Notes under the pieces: generated by a model
Databases searched by the model: none
Told to the model about the DNA's origin: nothing
The model's input: only the letters and a program-made list of their open reading frames with translations
Program-made: the position numbers and the translations under genes
Source: Microbotryum violaceum
Lineage: Eukaryota
Reading direction: 5' to 3'
Length of the DNA stretch: 64,000 bases
NCBI GenBank assembly: GCA_001244265.2
Contig: CDLV01000012.1
Location: 868,001-932,000, forward strand
Shown: positions 63,165 through 64,000 of the stretch, in pieces
Position numbering within the stretch: the stretch's first letter is position 1
Layout of the letters: the number at the start of each line of letters is the position of its first letter

Positions 63165-64000
63165 TAGTAGACGATGAGGGCCAGAGTTCCCATTTGTATC
63201 CCCACAAAAGATTTGGCACAGACAAGCTGCCCAACCCAGAGGCTGAGAATCACGTGCGCGGTCGAGCTCGACTCGGCGTTTGGAGATGAATTTTTCGCCG
63301 TCGGGGACGGGCTTGCCCTCGGTGATTGGGCGTCCGACGTGATCACGACGGGTAGAGTCGATGTCATTATACCAAAAAAACAGTGTGGGGTCGAGGGGTA
63401 CAGAAGAAATATCGCTAGGGAGGGCAAGGCACGATTTGGGCATTTGCCCCTGCCGATCAAGTTTCAAGACCCACAATATTAATCAGATTGCGGGGTGAGC
63501 TCGTCTTGCGGCTGCGCATGGCGGCGATCGTCCAACAGCTGCGAGTCAGGAGCCTGGGACTACTGGTCCCACCGACGTCTGCGCAGGGGGTGCGCACTCT
63601 CGATTCTCTGGCCTCGGTTGGAGCCGGGCTACATCTCCGCCCCCCTTGGCCAATACCACATTACCAAGTCTTCGCGATAGTAGCGCAATGAGCCGCGGGG
63701 AAGGATCCTGGCAAAGCATGGCCATGCTGGCAAGCGAGCTCAAAGTCGGTAAGAAAGACATGGCGAAGCTCGCGAAGTTGGTCGGGTAGTCGGCGGGCCT
63801 GAGCTTCGCGTCGGCCACTTGATAATACGATCCCATTTGTAATTGACAGACCCGGTTCGCTCTAAAATTATTTGGTTAAGTAGCACTTACTGACTTGTAT
63901 GTGCTGGCGAGAATCAGGTAAGTAGGATAACGTAACGCTGACGGGGCCCTCCAGTAAAATCCCAGGGACGTCTTGCCCGGCCCTGGCCCTAGGCAAACCC

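Noticed and set aside
1..64000. Many overlapping and antisense ORFs in the six-frame track
   Set aside because: They are shadows of GC-rich coding exons, with no independent motifs.

Overview
Gene-dense, intron-rich eukaryotic DNA. Short GT-AG introns, the gene set and the GC-rich composition point to a fungus, probably a basidiomycete; the taxon is inferred. About 21 mostly housekeeping genes were rebuilt by hand-splicing: an ASH1/Set2-type H3K36 methyltransferase, RLI1, a UDP-galactose transporter, HemK/MTQ1, a cysteine synthase-like gene, ATG6, MED14, COY1, a DUF2439 protein, LTA4 hydrolase, MetRS, an alpha-arrestin, a QDE-1-type RNA-dependent RNA polymerase, mitochondrial TyrRS, an MFS transporter, MVD1, NSE3, a HIT hydrolase, TM9SF/EMP70, U2SURP and SCP160. 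No rRNA, tRNA or CRISPR array is supported. The most unusual observations are: (1) the RdRP has a ~146-aa insertion that looks like a degenerate copy of its own core segment, and two GC-AG introns, one splitting the catalytic DYDGD; (2) at least five GC-AG introns in the window; (3) a long RLI1 5'UTR intron with four tandem hairpins; (4) a TA-flanked ~300-bp inverted-repeat element (MITE-like); (5) a HIT protein ending in SKL with a candidate CUG-initiated N-terminus; (6) HemK and cysteine synthase ATGs only 30 nt apart, head to head. I cannot show a new multi-gene system from sequence alone. CDS coordinates span introns.
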